DNA of 64,000 nt from positions 9,426,001 to 9,490,000 of the forward strand of contig CM075991.1 in NCBI GenBank assembly GCA_038087875.1. The letters run 5' to 3'. The notes below the pieces were generated by a model. It saw nothing but the letters and a program-made list of their open reading frames with translations, was not told where the DNA came from and did no database searches. This stretch comes from Malacoraja senta. Its lineage: Eukaryota. The translations under genes and the position numbers were made by a program. Positions 23,864-38,238 of the stretch are shown one piece after another. Each line of letters opens with the position of its first letter. The stretch's first letter is position 1.

Positions 23864-24223
23864 CACGGGTGGGGAACCTGCGGCCTTATGGCCGCATGTG
23901 GCCTTCTAGGCCATAGATGCGGCCTTTTGAAAGAATCCAAATTTTGTAGAACAAATCCCTATATTTTTAGTAATATGTTTTTGTTTGTCTTTTATTATTT
24001 TTATTTTAATCTTAAAATGAACGTATTTAAAATACCAAAGAGTAAAAGAAGATTCAACGAAATAATCCTCCCCGACTGACGGCCACAACTAAAACATGAG
24101 GGCTATTTTAACAAAATAACGTACATTTTGAAGTATATCTAATTGAAGTTTTTTGGATGCGGCCTTATTAGATTACAGCTAACTTAATGCGGCATTCCAA
24201 CATGAAAAGGTTCCCCACCCTTG
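23864..24223. mobile_element. hAT-type non-autonomous DNA transposon
   Basis: TIRs CACGGGTGGGGAACCT / AGGTTCCCCACCCTTG; imperfect 8-bp TSD ATCTACCT / CTCTGCCT. Confidence 0.8.
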
Positions 24224-25405
24224 CTCTGCCTTGAGAAAGGTTCTAACTGTCTCCCTTATCAATGCTTCATTCTTAATTGTTTAGGGAGGAACTGCAGATG
24301 CTGCTTTATACCGAAGATTGACGTAAAATGCTGGAGCAACTCCGCGGGTCAGGCAGCAACTCTGGAGAGAAGGATCAGGTGACGTTTCGGGTCGTCAGAC
24401 TGGAAGAAGTTACTCCACCATTTTGTGTCTCTCCTTGTTAGTGAATACCGTACGCTTTGCCACTGCGCCTCCCTTTTGCCAGAGAAAACAACAACCCCTC
24501 AGATTGAACATGTTAACTCATCAACAGCGATGCACTGTCATTGTGTCGACCGGATCTGAAAAATAGCAACAAGAATACACTTTCCTTAATGATCCAAGGA
24601 GTTGGCATGGCCCAAACAAGTTGATAAATTTCCAAACATCCACCCCACAGCAGCTGATATTTCTTGTGACATTTGATTGTCATATTTAAGATTGCATTTT
24701 TGACACAGAAATTGTTTATTATAGTCAGTGTCCAGTCAAGGAACAAATCATTATATTTCACAGTATGCCACAGATCCTATTTGCTGACAGAAATATGCTG
24801 CTGTCAGTCAGATTGGTCCCTTCACCGTGACTAGGAGTGAGAGAGCAACAGAGAGTAGGGTAATCAGTCCGTTCCATTCACTAACAGTAACACAGGTCCG
24901 CATGTAATAGAATCCCGGTAGAACGTAGAAGGCAGGAACGGGGCCCTTTGGCTCACAATGTTGGTGTGAAACACGATGCCTGGTTAAACTGATCTCATCT
25001 GCCTGTACATGGTCCATACCATTCCATTCCCCACGCTCCCATGTGCCTGTCCAAAAGGCTCTTAAACGCCACTATTGTATCTGCCACCACCTCCCCCACC
25101 CCCGCCCCCATCACGTTCTGGTTCCCCCCCCACCCTTCTGTGTTATATGACTCAATAATTGGGTCAGATTTGAGTCAGCCACAGAGTATGCAGCAACCAT
25201 GATACTAATCTAAAATAATACCATTTGCCTGCATGTGGTCCGTATCTCTCTATTCCCTACCTGTTTATGAGGCTGTCTAAATTGTTGTCTTCAACGTTGC
25301 AATAATCGCTGATTCAACTACCTCCTCCGGCAGCTCGTTCCATACACCCACCACCCTCTGTGAAAATAGGTTACCCTTCAGGTTCCTATTAAAACTTTCC
25401 CCCCA

Positions 25406-25890
25406 TATGATGAAAGAATGGATTGACTGGGCTTGTATTCACTGGAATTTAGAAGGATGAGAGGCTATCTTATAGAACATTTAGAAGGATGAGAGGGGAT
25501 TTAGAAGGATGAGAGGGGACCTTAAGGGATTGGACAGGCTAGATGCAGGAGAAATGTTCCCCATGTTGGGGGAGTCCAGAACCAGGGGGTCACAGTTTAA
25601 GAATATGGGGTTGGCCATTTAGGACTGAGATAAGGAAAAGCTTTTTCACCCACAGAGTTGTGAATCTGTGGAATTCTCTGCCGCAGAAGGCAGTGAAGGC
25701 CAATTCACTGGATGTATTGAAGAGATAGTTAGATTTAGCTCTTAGGGCTAACAGAATCAAGGGATATGCGGGGAAAGCAGGAATAGGGTACTGATTCTGG
25801 ATGATCAGCCATGATCATATTGAATGGCGGTGCTGGCACAAAGGGCCAACTGGCCTACTCCTGCTCCTACTTTCTATGTGTCTATGTTTC
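25406..25890 (+). mobile_element. CR1-like LINE 3' fragment with internal triplication of TTAGAAGGATGAGAGG
   Basis: GHSLRI..FFTHRVVNLWNSLP motif and CR1 3'UTR. Confidence 0.85.
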
Positions 25891-26596
25891 CATGTTTTTC
25901 ACCTTAAACCTATGCCCTGCAGTTCTTGATTCCCCAACTTTGGGCAAAAGACTCTTGTGCATTTACCCAATCTATTCCTCTCGTGATTTTCTATAATAGA
26001 TAACCCCTCATCCTCCTGCGCTCCAAGGAATAAAGTCCTAGCCTGCTCAACCTCTCCCTGTAATTCAGGTCAGGATTGAACCTGGGTTGCTTGATCTGCG
26101 AGGTATCACTGTGCCACATACACCAGGCTTCATGGCTTAATGCCACGATCATTTGGTGATTCTATGAAGCAGATGCAGCTGATATCCACATATTCATTGA
26201 TTCAATGATACGTTATTGTCACATGTACCTAGGTACAGTGAAACGCTTGGTTTTGCATACAGCCTGGTAAAATCATACAGCAGATCCCACCTGGGCAGGT
26301 ACATGAGAGTCGCCACATTTCTGACGCTGACAAAGCTACAAAATGTTCACCAAACTGGGGGATCTTCTGCCTGCCGCCGCACATGGCAGCAAGCGCCCCC
26401 CCATCCATCCACACCCCCCCCCCACAATCGGGTCCCCGCTCATTGCTGGCGGCCCCCCTCACTACAACTCAATATCAACTACAGAATCGTGCATCGGCAA
26501 GACTAACGGGGAAATGCCAAATTATGTCTCCGACTTAAAGAAAAGAATTAAAGATGCAATATGAAGTTGGCTAATAAATCTCCCGTTGGCTGTTAG

Positions 26597-26895
26597 CAGT
26601 GGCGCAGCGGTAGAGTTGCCGACTTACCACGCCAGAGACCCGGGTTCCATCCCGACTACGGGTGCTGTCTGTACGGAGTTTGTACGTCTTCCCCGTGACC
26701 TGCGTGGGTTTTACCCGGGATGTCCGGTTTCCCCCCACACTCCGAAGACGTACAGGTGTGTAGGCTAATTGGCTTTGTCAAATTGTAAATTGTCCCTAGT
26801 GTGTAGAACAGTGCTAGTGTACGGGGATCGCTGGTCGGCGCGGACTCAATGGGCCGAAGGGCCTGTTTCCACATGATACTCTGATCTAAACAAAC
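26597..26895 (+). mobile_element. HE1-like SINE
   Basis: Box A/B, core and tail. Confidence 0.85.
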
Positions 26896-28433
26896 GTTAG
26901 GGTGTCCACCGACCTCAGTTCAGGGATAGTTACGCATGGTTACTCATTATTAAACCAGCATTGATCAGTGAGTGGCTTATTGCATTAGCATTGCTGAGGG
27001 ATATAATGAATACATGTCAAAAGAAATACAGATAACTGGAACAGGCTGACACAAACTAATCATCTACGTGGACAGCAACAGATACTAATATCCTCATGTA
27101 GTTCTCGAAGGGTTGCTGAGGTCTACTTCTGTGCCTTTGTTTTCCCCATTCTCCATGTTTATCTTAAGCTCCAAATGAAAGGATGCTGCTTCTGGAAAGG
27201 AAAGTACAAGTCATGGCAATACAATAAAAGCTAGACTCACTGCACAGAGATGATAATTGGGTAAAGTCTATGAGCAATATTAGCTTGCTTGTGTTCAAAA
27301 TCATGAGAGGAATAGATCAGGTGAATTCCAAGTTGGGGAATCAAGAACCAGAGGACATGGGTTTAAGGTGACGGGGGGGGGAGGAGATTTAACAGGAACC
27401 TGAGGGGCAAATTTTTTTTACACAGATGTTGTGAGTCTCTTTCCACCCAGGGAAAGACATTCTAACTGTCTACCCTATCTATGCCTCTCATAATTGTATA
27501 TACTTCTATCAGGTCTCAACTCAACCGCTGACATTTCAGGGGAAATAATCCAAGTTTGTCCATTCACTCCTCATGGCCGATGACCTCTAATGCAGGCGGC
27601 ATTCTGGTGAACCTCTTCTGCACCCTCTACAAACCTCCATATCCGTCCTGCAATGGGGCGACCAGAACTGGGCGCAATACTCCAAATGCAGCCAACAAGC
27701 CCACAATGATACTTCTTGTCCAAACTGAATAATGCAAGCATATCGGTTTCGACCCGAAACGTTGCCTATTTCCTTCGCTCCATAGATGCTGCCTCACCCG
27801 CTGAGTTTCTCCAGCATTTTTGTCTACCTTCGATTTTCCAGCATCTGCAGTTCCTTCTTGAACACGCATATCGTATGCCCTCTTTACCACTCTATCCACT
27901 TGCGTTTCCACCTCCAGGGTGCTATGGACTTGGAACCTTTCTATTTCTCTTGATAACTGTCCCGCTGAGCACCTTGAAGTGTGTAGGAAGGAAATGCAGA
28001 TGCTGGTTTATACCAAAGATACACACAAAGTGATGGAGCAACTCGGCGGATCAGGCAGCGTCTCTGGGGGAAAAAGGATGGGTGACGTTTCGGGTCAGAA
28101 CCCTTCTTCAGTCTTCTTCCTTCACACCCAGTCTGAAGAAGAGTTTAGACCCGAAAAGTCACCCATCCTTTTCCCCCCAGAGATGCTGCCTGACCCGTTG
28201 AGTTACTCCAGCTCTATCTGAGTTACTACAGCACATATGTGTCCATCTTCGAGCACCTTGAAATGCTTTGTTACACTAAAGCTGTTACAGAAATAGAATT
28301 GTTGTTGTTGTTGAAAATGGATGGGGACCTCTTGGTCAAGTGCCTTCAAATTCACTGACGTGTTCAATGAGAAATAAGCTGTCTTTCATTGACAGCTTTG
28401 TCTACTTTTCACAGAAAATGATGAACGGTTTTG

Positions 28434-28740
28434 TGTGGCACAGTGGCGCAGCGATAGAGCTACTGCCTGACAGCGCCAGAAACTCGGGTTCAATCCCGAC
28501 AACGGGCGCTTGTCTGTACGAAGTGTGTACGTTCTCCCCGTGACCGGTCTAGGTTTTCTCCGAGATCTTCGGTTTCCTCCCACACTCCAGAGACGTACAG
28601 GCTTGTAGGTTAATTGGCTTGGTATAAATGTATATTGTCCCTATTGTGTGTAGGATAGTGTACGGGGATCCGCTGGTCGGAGCGGACCCGGAGGGCCTGT
28701 TTCCGCGCTGTATCTCTAAAACTAAAAGCTAAAACTAAAA
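28434..28740 (+). mobile_element. HE1-like SINE
   Basis: Box A/B, core and (CTAAAA)n tail. Confidence 0.85.
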
Positions 28741-29204
28741 TCATTCAGGTCAACATAGCTCAGAGAGCAGAAATTGGAATGCAGGCAAACACTATGGAAT
28801 TGCAAATATTTGCATTAGACATGTGCATTCTAATTGAAATAATGTTAGAGAAGCAAACTATCACATGAGTAATTAATACAACATTCCCTGCACAGCCTGG
28901 AAGATACTGATCAAAAGATTTAATTTCAGACTATCGTCTGTAGGGTAAAGCAAGCAACAATTCAATTTAAGCCAGCAAATATTACATTCAGATCTTTCTG
29001 TTAGATATCGAGTTAATATTAATGAAGTCAATACCCCCAGATAATGAGGTTATGTATAGTTGATATAATTAGTGACCTATGATGTCTCGTGGCCAAAGTT
29101 TAGATCAAACGTCTGAATGGAAGATCTATACAAAACCACTGAAAAGAAACTGAAATGTGAAATTTTCTGTAAAATGTGATTTTTATTTTCTCTCTCTTTA
29201 TTAG

Positions 29205-29507
29205 GAGTGGCACGGTGGCGCAGCGGTAGAGTTGCTGCCGTACAACGCCAGAGGTCCGGGTTCAATCCTGACTACGGGTGATGCCTGCACGGAGTTTGTA
29301 CGTTCTCCCTGCGACCGTGTGGGTTTTCTCTGGGAGCTCCGGTTTCATCCCACACTCCAAAGACATACAGGGTCGCAATTTGATTGGCTTTGTGTAATTG
29401 TACATTGTCCACAGAGTGTGTGGGAGAGAGCTAGTGTGCGGGGATCGCTGGTCGGCGCGGACTCGGTGGGCCGATGTGCCTTTTTCCGCCCTGTATCTCT
29501 AAACTAA
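29205..29507 (+). mobile_element. HE1-like SINE
   Basis: Box A/B, core and tail. Confidence 0.85.
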
Positions 29508-31898
29508 GAATGGCGCTAAATTAAACCATGAACATGCAGGGTGGTGAATATCTCTGTACGTCCTATGCCCTGACTGCAGGAAATGAAGGGATATGGTTCA
29601 AGTGCAGCCAGAAGAAATTAGTTTAACTTGGCATCATGTTCAACACAAACAATGTGGGCCGAAGGGCCTGTTCCTGTGCTGTACTGTTCATTGTTCCAAG
29701 TTCCATCACCAATAACAGGAGTCATTTACCTGTTGAAAGTTCCCGCTTCACCACCTCTGTTGATGTTCGTGCTCTGCCCGTTTTCAGGTTTTATCCCATA
29801 AAAACCAATAGACATGGGAACAGAATTATGACATTCGGCCCATCGAGTCTGCTCTGCCATTCGATCACGGCTGATCCATTTTTCATTCCCAACCCCATTC
29901 TCCTGCCTTCTCCCTGTTTTTTTTTAGTGCCCTGACTTATCAAGAAGCCAGCAATCAACACTTCAAAAGTTTGTAAGTTCGAGGAGCAGAATTAGGCCAT
30001 TCGGCCCATCAATTCTACTCCGCCATTTCCCTCTCAACCCCATTCTCCTGCCTTCTCCCCATAACCCCTGGCACCTCAGTCAAATACTCAGTCAATACCA
30101 ATTATGAAGCACCCATTTACACCAATTCCATCTTATTCTCCATCCATTCCCATCAATTTCCTCCTCGTCTCCATTATTCGCACATAGCAGGTGGAATTTA
30201 CAGCAGTCAATTCATCTTCCGTGTCTCTGGGACGTGGGAGGAAACCGGAGCGCCACAAGAATGGAACAACGTGCAAACTCCACACAGACAGCGCCGGAGG
30301 TCAGGATTGAACCCAGCTGTACCGCCAGTTTACGTCAACAATCCTGCAGCTGCAGGAAGCCTGAAATAAGGGCAGGTAATACAGAAAGCACTCAGCATGA
30401 ACAGGGGGCAGAGAGACAGAGGAGCAAATAATGAACTGGTTCCATTGAAGCGTCCATTCATCACTTTTACAGAGGTCATGGTGAGAGCTGGCTGTGTGGC
30501 TTTGCTTTCGAGCAGTTACAGATCTGAAAATCCGACCTCACTCAGCAGCATCTAGGAAGCGTTAAAGCTGTCGGAATTGGGTAATCTGCTTTAATCGAAG
30601 CTGAACTTCAGAACAATTCCAGTCAAAGCAATCAAGTCACTGACGGTTTTTTGCTTTCTAGCTGGTTATCTGTGTTGTGCGTTTTTCTCTTGTTCACTAA
30701 AACTGGGCGTTTGCCAAGAACCACTTTACATTCGTTTCCCTTGGTTACAACCACTTCAATTAAGATCAACACTCTTCCTTACCAGGCTACTGAGAACTGC
30801 GATATCTCTCAACTCCTTAACTGGTATGAGACACCAGCAATCCCCAGATTTAGTTTAGCTAAGTAGATACAGCATGGAAACAGACCCCTTCGGCCCACGG
30901 AGTCCGTGCTGGCCGATGATCTGCCGTACACTGGTTCTTTGTTATCCCAGATTTGTACCCTACACCCCACGGGCAAATTACAGAAGCCAATTAACCTACA
31001 AACTGCACGTCTTTGGAATGTGGGAGGAATCCGGAGAAAACCCACGGGGCCAGGCAGACAGCGGGGATCGCTGGTCGGCGCAGACTCGGTGGGCGGAAGG
31101 ACCTGCTTCTGCGTTGTATCTCTAAACCAAACTAAACTGAAAATTACCGCCTGTGTCAGCTACCATACCTTAGAATATTTCATGCAGCAGTGTGTTTGTC
31201 TCACACCTCCCTTGAGCTTTCGAAGAGCAGGTCCTGTTATACGACAGGTAAAAGAAGCAGACAATTTACACTTCGCCAGTTCCCAAAAACAGCAATGTGT
31301 TTAGAATGCCAATATCTTTTTCCTCTGTGGCATCTAAAACATTAAACAGTAGAGTACAGCAATACCCACTGGCCCACAATTTCCACGCCGAACATGAGGC
31401 AAAGTTATATTAATCTCCTCTCTCTGCACGTAATCCATATCCCTCCATATCCACGTGCCTATTCTAAAAGCCTTTTGACTGCCACTATTGTACCTTCCTG
31501 CATCACCATCCCTGGCAGTGCATTCCACACACCCACCACTCCATATAAAAAGCCTGCTCCACACCTCTCCTTTAAACTCTTCCCCTTTCATCTTAAACCT
31601 ATACTCACAAGTCCTTGAGATTTTTACCCTAGGAGAAAGGTTCTGAATGTCTGTCTGTGCCTCTCGTAATTTTGCATACTTATGTCAGACCATGACCATA
31701 GGCCATGACTTTCCAGAGAAAACAAGCCATGTTTGTCCAACCTCTCCTTGGAAGAATAGCTTGTAATCCAGGTAACATTCTAATTAACCTGCCTTCACCC
31801 ACTCCAGTCGCCATATCCTTCCTGCAGTTGAGAGAACAGAACTACACACAATAGTTTATCTTAAGCCCCTGTCCTTAAGTAACAATGGTTCCACAGCT

Positions 31899-32090
31899 AG
31901 GGCCTGTCCCACTTGGGTGTCATTTACGTGACATCATTTATGGGTCACGACGCACATTACACGCGCATGGTGCGCGGTGACGTAGGCGGTGACGAGCGGT
32001 CGCGCGCGTCACCCCAGGATTTTGGGGTGTACAAAATCTTCGCTCGCCATCTGCGTGACCCGCAAATGCCGCCCAAGTGGGACAGGCCCT
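31899..32090. mobile_element. PIF/Harbinger-type MITE (family 2)
   Basis: TIR AGGGCCTGTCCCACTTGGG; similar to 10224-10401. Confidence 0.8.
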
Positions 32091-32784
32091 TAAGTTACTT
32101 ACTTGTGGTGCAGAATATGGGACAAGTAGGAACCAACGTAATGGGAGGAACCTCAAGTCATGCCATGGGACATATCATTGTGCACAGTCCTATTCTCCTC
32201 CAAAGGTGGTATAGTTGTTGTCGGGCTCGATCCTGACTACGGGTGCTGCCTGTACGGAGTTTGTACGTTCTCCCCGTGACTGCTCGGGTTTTCCCCCGGA
32301 TGCTCCGGTTTCCGCACACACTCCAAAGACGTACAGGTTTGTAAATTGTCCCTCGTGTGTGTAGGATAGTGCGGGGCCGCTGGTCGGCATGGACTCGGTG
32401 GGCCGAAGGGCATGTTTCCATGCTGTATCTCTGAACTAAACATTCGCTGGACCACTGGTGTCTTCAAGCCCAGAGCTGCAATGAGCTCTGCGGTGATAAG
32501 TCCCAGCATTACTCTTTCATTGAAATATCAGAGTATTATTCTGTGCCTCTATTGTGGGAGTATCATCTCCGCTCAATACACTGCAACGGTTCAAAAAGAC
32601 AACACATTTCCACCCACTCAGGGGCGGTTAACGATGGATAATAAATAATGACTTTGCCAGTGACACACACCCATGAATGAAGAATAAAACATACTTTCAT
32701 TTAATGGGGCACCTCTCTTTCTCCAGGCCTTATCTATCATTTCATGAGATGCACACAGGTACAGCAGAAGGGAATGGCCTGATC

Positions 32785-33072
32785 ATTTAGTTTAGCTTAG
32801 AGACGCAGCCCAGAAACAGGCCCTTCGGCCCACCGAGTCCGCACCCACCAGTGGTCCCCGCACATTAACACCATCCAACACACTAGGGACAATCTTTACA
32901 TTTTATACCAAGCCAATTGTCCTACAAGCCTGCACGTCTTTGGAGTGTGGGAGGAAACCGAAGTTCTCGGAGAAAACCCAAACAGGTCACCGGGAGAACG
33001 TACAAACTCCGTACAGACAGCGCACGTGGCCAGGATGGAACCCTGGTCTCTGGCGCTGTGAGGCAGGAACTC
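32785..33072 (-). mobile_element. HE1-like SINE
   Basis: Reverse-complement core and tail. Confidence 0.85.
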
Positions 33073-33269
33073 TTCCTCTGTTTATCAATGGTAAGTTGAC
33101 AGTGAATGATTGACGACAGGGGCGCGCATGTTCCAATGATCCGGCAGATCCAGATCCACCAGATGTCCTCAACAATCTAATTCCATCCTTTTCCACCGAA
33201 AATCCCCCAAAAACCTGTAGATGCTAGAAATCTGAAATAAAAGCAGAAAGTGCTGGGAAATACTCAGCA

Positions 33270-33575
33270 GGTGGCGCTGCGGTAGAGTTGCTGCCTCACA
33301 GCGCCAGAGACCCGGGTTCAATCCTGACCACGGATGCTGTCTGAACGGAGTTTGCACGTTCTCCCCGTGAACCACGTGGGTTTTCTCCGGGTGCACCGGT
33401 TTCCTCCCACACTCCAAAGACGTGCAGCTTTGAAGGATAATTGGCTTCTGTAAAATTGTAAATTGTCCCTGGTGTGTAGGATAGCGTTAGTGTGCGGAGA
33501 TCGCTGGTTAGCACGGACTCGGTGGGCCGAAGGGCCTGTTTCCGCCCTGTGCCTCTAACTAAACTAAACTAATCT
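33270..33575 (+). mobile_element. HE1-like SINE
   Basis: Box A/B, core and (CTAAA)n tail. Confidence 0.85.
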
Positions 33576-33769
33576 TTTTTTTTTTTTTTTTTGGAAAATA
33601 TTTTTTATTGGAGATAAGTACACAACCTATTAACATCATTACAATCTTACATTTTGAATTGATAATATTGTCAATTATTATTACATTGTCTCCAATACCT
33701 TTTGCCTTTTTTTTAAAACTAGATAGAACTAAAAAGATAGATGAAGTAAAGAAAGAAAAGAGAGAGAAG

Positions 33770-33807
<38 letters not shown>

Positions 33808-33813
33808 GATAGA
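33576..33813 (-). mobile_element. Polyadenylated retroposed 3' end (probably L1-clade) with 16-bp TSD
   Basis: Poly(T) followed by TTTATT on +; TAAACTAAACTAATCT at 33560-33575 and 33814-33829. Confidence 0.75.
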
Positions 33814-34450
33814 TAAACTAAACTAATCTAAAGGTCAGGCTGCATCTGTTGAAAGAAAACAGGTAACGTTTCAATTTGATGATCTGACGAAGGGTCTTCG
33901 ATTTAAAATGTTGGCTGTGTCTTTCTTCCCACAGATGCGGCCTGACCTGTCGAGTGTTTCCCAGCATTTTGGGGATTTATTTCGGTCCGTTCATTCTTCG
34001 GTTCGAAGGGTATTGGGTCGCTGGATCAGTGAGGCAGTGGCTCTACCCCACTGCGACACAGTGCCACCTATATTTCAATAACACTGGCTCATAACACTGG
34101 GCATCAGCAGAGTTTGAGGTGATAAGACTAACAGCCGGACTCCATGACAATGAAGGTTGCCTATCCAGAACGCACGGTTTAATGGCATTATCAGAATATA
34201 AAGATATTCTCATAGAGTTAAGCAGTGGGGAAACAGGCCCTTCAGCCCAACTTGCCCACGTCGACCAACATACCCCATCTACATTAGTTCCACCTGCCGG
34301 CACTCTTATCCTTCCAAACCTATCCTATCTATGTACCTAACTCAATGTTTCTGAAAAGTTGTGATAGTGCTTGCCCCAACTACCTGCTCCAGGCAGCTCA
34401 TTCCATGCACCCACCACCTTTATTCTCATTCTCTGATACAAATCTGGGAA

Positions 34451-34738
34451 TTTGAGTTTAGAGATACAGCATGGAATCAGGACCTTTGGCCCACCGAGTC
34501 CACACCGACCAGCGATCCCCACACACTTACCCCACCCTATACTAGGGACAATTTATATTAATACCATGCCAATTAATCTACAAACCTGTACCTCTTTGGA
34601 GTGTGGGAGGAAACTGAAGCACCCACAGAAAATTCACGCAGATCAAGCGGAGAACATACAAACTCCGAGGTCAGCATCGAACCCGGGTCACTGACGCTGC
34701 GAGGCAGCAACTCTACCGCTGCGCCACCGTGCCGCCCT
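34451..34738 (-). mobile_element. HE1-like SINE
   Basis: Reverse-complement head CCACCGTGCCGCCC, core and tail. Confidence 0.85.
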
Positions 34739-35337
34739 TAAATTAGTATCAAAATCTTGCCAGAGAAGGACTCTCCCCTCTGTGAGTAAAACTATTCCTT
34801 GTCTTTGTCAAAGTCATAAAAGATAAAAAAGATTACGTCAAAAGTCAGAAGCAACCGGGTTGTGCAATGATGTTTCATGAAGATACAAAGAGATATCTTA
34901 TCTGTCAAGAAACACGAGTGTTCAGGAAGATGCCAAGCGAGGAGAGGAGATAGTTCTGTTCCATTCGGAGGCAAATTCATTTGGCAAACCATCGAGCGAA
35001 ACAGCTACGGGCTAAATCTGTGAAATATCAACTGCAGCTGTCACTAGGAACATGCAAATGACAGTCCATCAGTTGTGTGGTGTCAGCACGCAGGGCAGGA
35101 TGTTTGCTGAGTGCATGTGTGCCATGCTAGGATGGAGCCCACACCTTGTCGAAACCACCGAAGGCAAACTTGTGTGAACCCACATTGAGCATCTGCAGCC
35201 TTCTACTGCCATCTGGTGGGACGATTGTAGACTTCAGCTGCCCAAATTCACCAGAAATGCTTTGAAAACAAGGTTTCAATTCCTGATCAGACTCAGTTAA
35301 AATACAAGACCGGGGTCGGCACGGTGATGCAGCGTTA

Positions 35338-35531
35338 AGGGCCTGTCCCACTTTAGGCGACTGCCAGGGACTAGTTTTAATGGAATTCACCTACGACGCC
35401 TGGCGACAACCTACGACAGCCTACGACAGCAATAATTGTCGCCATTGTCGACGAACAATTTTGAACATGTTGAAAATTTTGCGGCAGTCGCCTGTAGTCG
35501 CCCAAACAATCACCTAAGTGGGACAGGCCCT
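35338..35531. mobile_element. PIF/Harbinger-type MITE inserted in the head of an HE1-like SINE (35311-35818)
   Basis: TIR AGGGCCTGTCCCACTT, TTA TSD at 35335-35337 and 35532-35534. Confidence 0.85.
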
Positions 35532-36582
35532 TTAGAGTTGCTGCCTTGCAGCGCCAGGGGCCCCAGTTCGATCCTGACTACAGGTGCTGTCTTTACAGAG
35601 TTTATACGTCCTCCCTGTGACCACATGGGTTTTCTCCGAGAACTGTGGTCTCATCCAACACTCCAAAGACCTACAGGTTTGCTGGTTAATTGGCTTGGTA
35701 TAAATATAGAAATTGTCCCTAGTTTAGGATAGTGTAAGTGCGTGGGAATTGCTGGTAGGTTCGGACTCGGTAGGCCGAAGCGCCCGTTTCCACGCTGTAT
35801 CTCTAAACTCAACTAAACTTAACCTGGAGTCGTGGAGCATGTAAAAAGGAGCTTTGACTATTGAATTCACACATCAGCCTCACGTTTACTATTCAATTTT
35901 TTGTTTTAATTCCCCACATTCTCGTCGATTCTACCACTCACCGCACACTGGGGGAACGTACAGCAGTGAATTAACCTTCCGACCCACACTATCTTCAGGA
36001 TGGGGGCGAAAACTGGAGCACCCGGAGAAGAAAGACTGGAAGAGAACGTGCAAACTCCACGCAGGCAGTACCAGAAGTTTTGTGGGTTTTTATATTTTGT
36101 TTAGTTCAGAGATACAGCGTGGAAACAGGCCCTTCGGCCCACCAAGTCCGCGTCAACCAGTGATCCCCCATTCTGTCCTAAATACTCGGAACAATTTTAC
36201 AGAAGCCAATTAACCTACAAACCTGCACGTCTTTGGAATGTGGGAGGAAACCGGAGCACCCGGAGAAAACCCACGCGATCACTTGAAGTTCGTATAAACC
36301 CTGTACGGACAACACCCGTAGTCGGAATCGAACCTGGGTCTCTGGCGCTGGTGCTTAGAGCCAGTGGCCCCACCAGCCAGTGGCCTCACTGTGCCACCTA
36401 GTGGTCACTTCTATATGGATGAAGTCTGTAAAGAATAACCTGTGAAGAAGCCGAGCTGGACTTTAGCAAATAGGATTGAGTGTGTGGTTTGAACTGTAGA
36501 TGCTGGTTTAAACCGAAGATAGACACAAAATGCTGGGGTAACTCAGCAGGTCAGACAGCATCTCTGGAGAGAAGGAATGGGT

Positions 36583-36610
36583 GACGTTTCGGGTCGAGAC
36601 CCTTCTTCAG
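36583..36610 (-). ncRNA. Minimal hammerhead ribozyme core (PLE-associated)
   Basis: CUGAAGA-A-GGGUC-UC-GACCC-GAAAC-GUC. Confidence 0.6.
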
Positions 36611-38238
36611 ACATTTAGATGGGGCAGAACGGTGAGAGAATGCTGGCGTGAAGCGGTGGCATTGAGATGGATCAGTAGGAGAGGACGAAAATCAAAATGG
36701 CTACAGATTCTGGAAATCTAAAACAAAAACCAATAATGCTGGAAACACTCGGCAGGTCCATGGGACAATAAACAGAGTCAATGTTTCAGGTCAGAAACCC
36801 GTTCTCACCCAGCCCTCAGCTAACAATGACCTGTTTCCTTCATCATCGTTACTTATTTGCATATCTTCCATTCATTTGTTCTATATCTCTCTCTACATCA
36901 CCGTCTCTCACTTCCCTTTCCCCCGACTCTCAGTCTGAAGGAGGGCCTCGGCCCGAAACGTCATCCATTCCTCCTCTCCAGAGATGCTTCTCTGACCCAA
37001 AGTGCTGGAGTAACTCAGCGGGACAGGCAGCATCTCTGGAGAGAAGGAATGGGTGACGTTTCGGGATGAGACCCTTCCCTCCAGAGATGCTGCCTGTCCC
37101 GCTGAGTTACTCCAGCATTTTGTGTCTACCTTCGATTTAAACCAGCATCTGCAGTTCTTTCTTATACATACTGTCTGACTCACTGAGTTACTCCAGCTTT
37201 TTGTGTCAACCTTTAGTAAGAAGTCTTTTTGGAGAAGGACCTGATACTCTGCACTACATTAGATACAGTTCCATGCAATTAAAATTGTACAAATAAGTCC
37301 ATTATAAATTGATCAAATTCTGAGAGTATGAATGTCATTCAGGCACAGAATGCAAAGGGTACCTACGCTACAGCAATGAGAAACGCATACACTGTGGCAA
37401 TAAAAGCCTCTTTACTCTAATTCAATGACACCTTTGAACAGAACCTGAGGGGCAACCATTTTACACAAAAGATGGCAGGTGTATGGAACGAGCTGCCGGA
37501 GGAGGTAGCTGAGGCAGGTACCATCATAACGTTTAAAAAGCATTTGCACAGGTTTGTGTATAGAGGATAGGTTTAGAGGGATATGCGGCAAATGCAGGCA
37601 GGTGAGACTAGCATGTTGGTCGGCATGGGCAAGTTGGGCCGACTGGCCTGTTTCCACACTGTATCACCTCCAACGTTCGGAACACAGTCTTAAGTTGTAA
37701 ACAAACAAGGACTGACAAATTCATGCTTCGATAACCATAAAGGATTGTAAACCAAATTTTATGGCGTAATCCCAATTTACAAGCACAAGAAATTCTTGTC
37801 ATTTAAATCGATCTAAGTCTCAAAGTACATCAAATATAATACACTTACTTCTACACTCATAAAGAAACCAATTAACTTAATAACATTGGCTGGATATTCA
37901 TCCCTGTCAGAAGTGCTAAATATGCTACACCATAACAGTTGTCTCCAGAATTCATTCCATTGTACTGTAGATGAGATTTCTATGACAGGATACAATGCGC
38001 TGACTCAATAACAGCGGGCAAAATCAAAAATGCGACAGATGCTTAAAATCCAAAGCAAAACAGAACATAGAAAAAAAGAACTGCAGATGCTGGTTTATAC
38101 CAAAGATAGTCACAAAGCGGTGGAGTAAATCAGCAGGTCAGGTAGTTATCTACGGAGAAAAATGATGGGTGCCATTTTGGGATCGGGACCCTTCTTCTGA
38201 CCACCAAAGTGCTGGAGTAACTCAGTGGCTACCAAAGA

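Noticed and set aside
37849..37964. Possible 116-nt minus-strand exon (QWNEFWRQLLWCSIF...)
   Set aside because: Strong donor but modest acceptor, and no recognisable homology.
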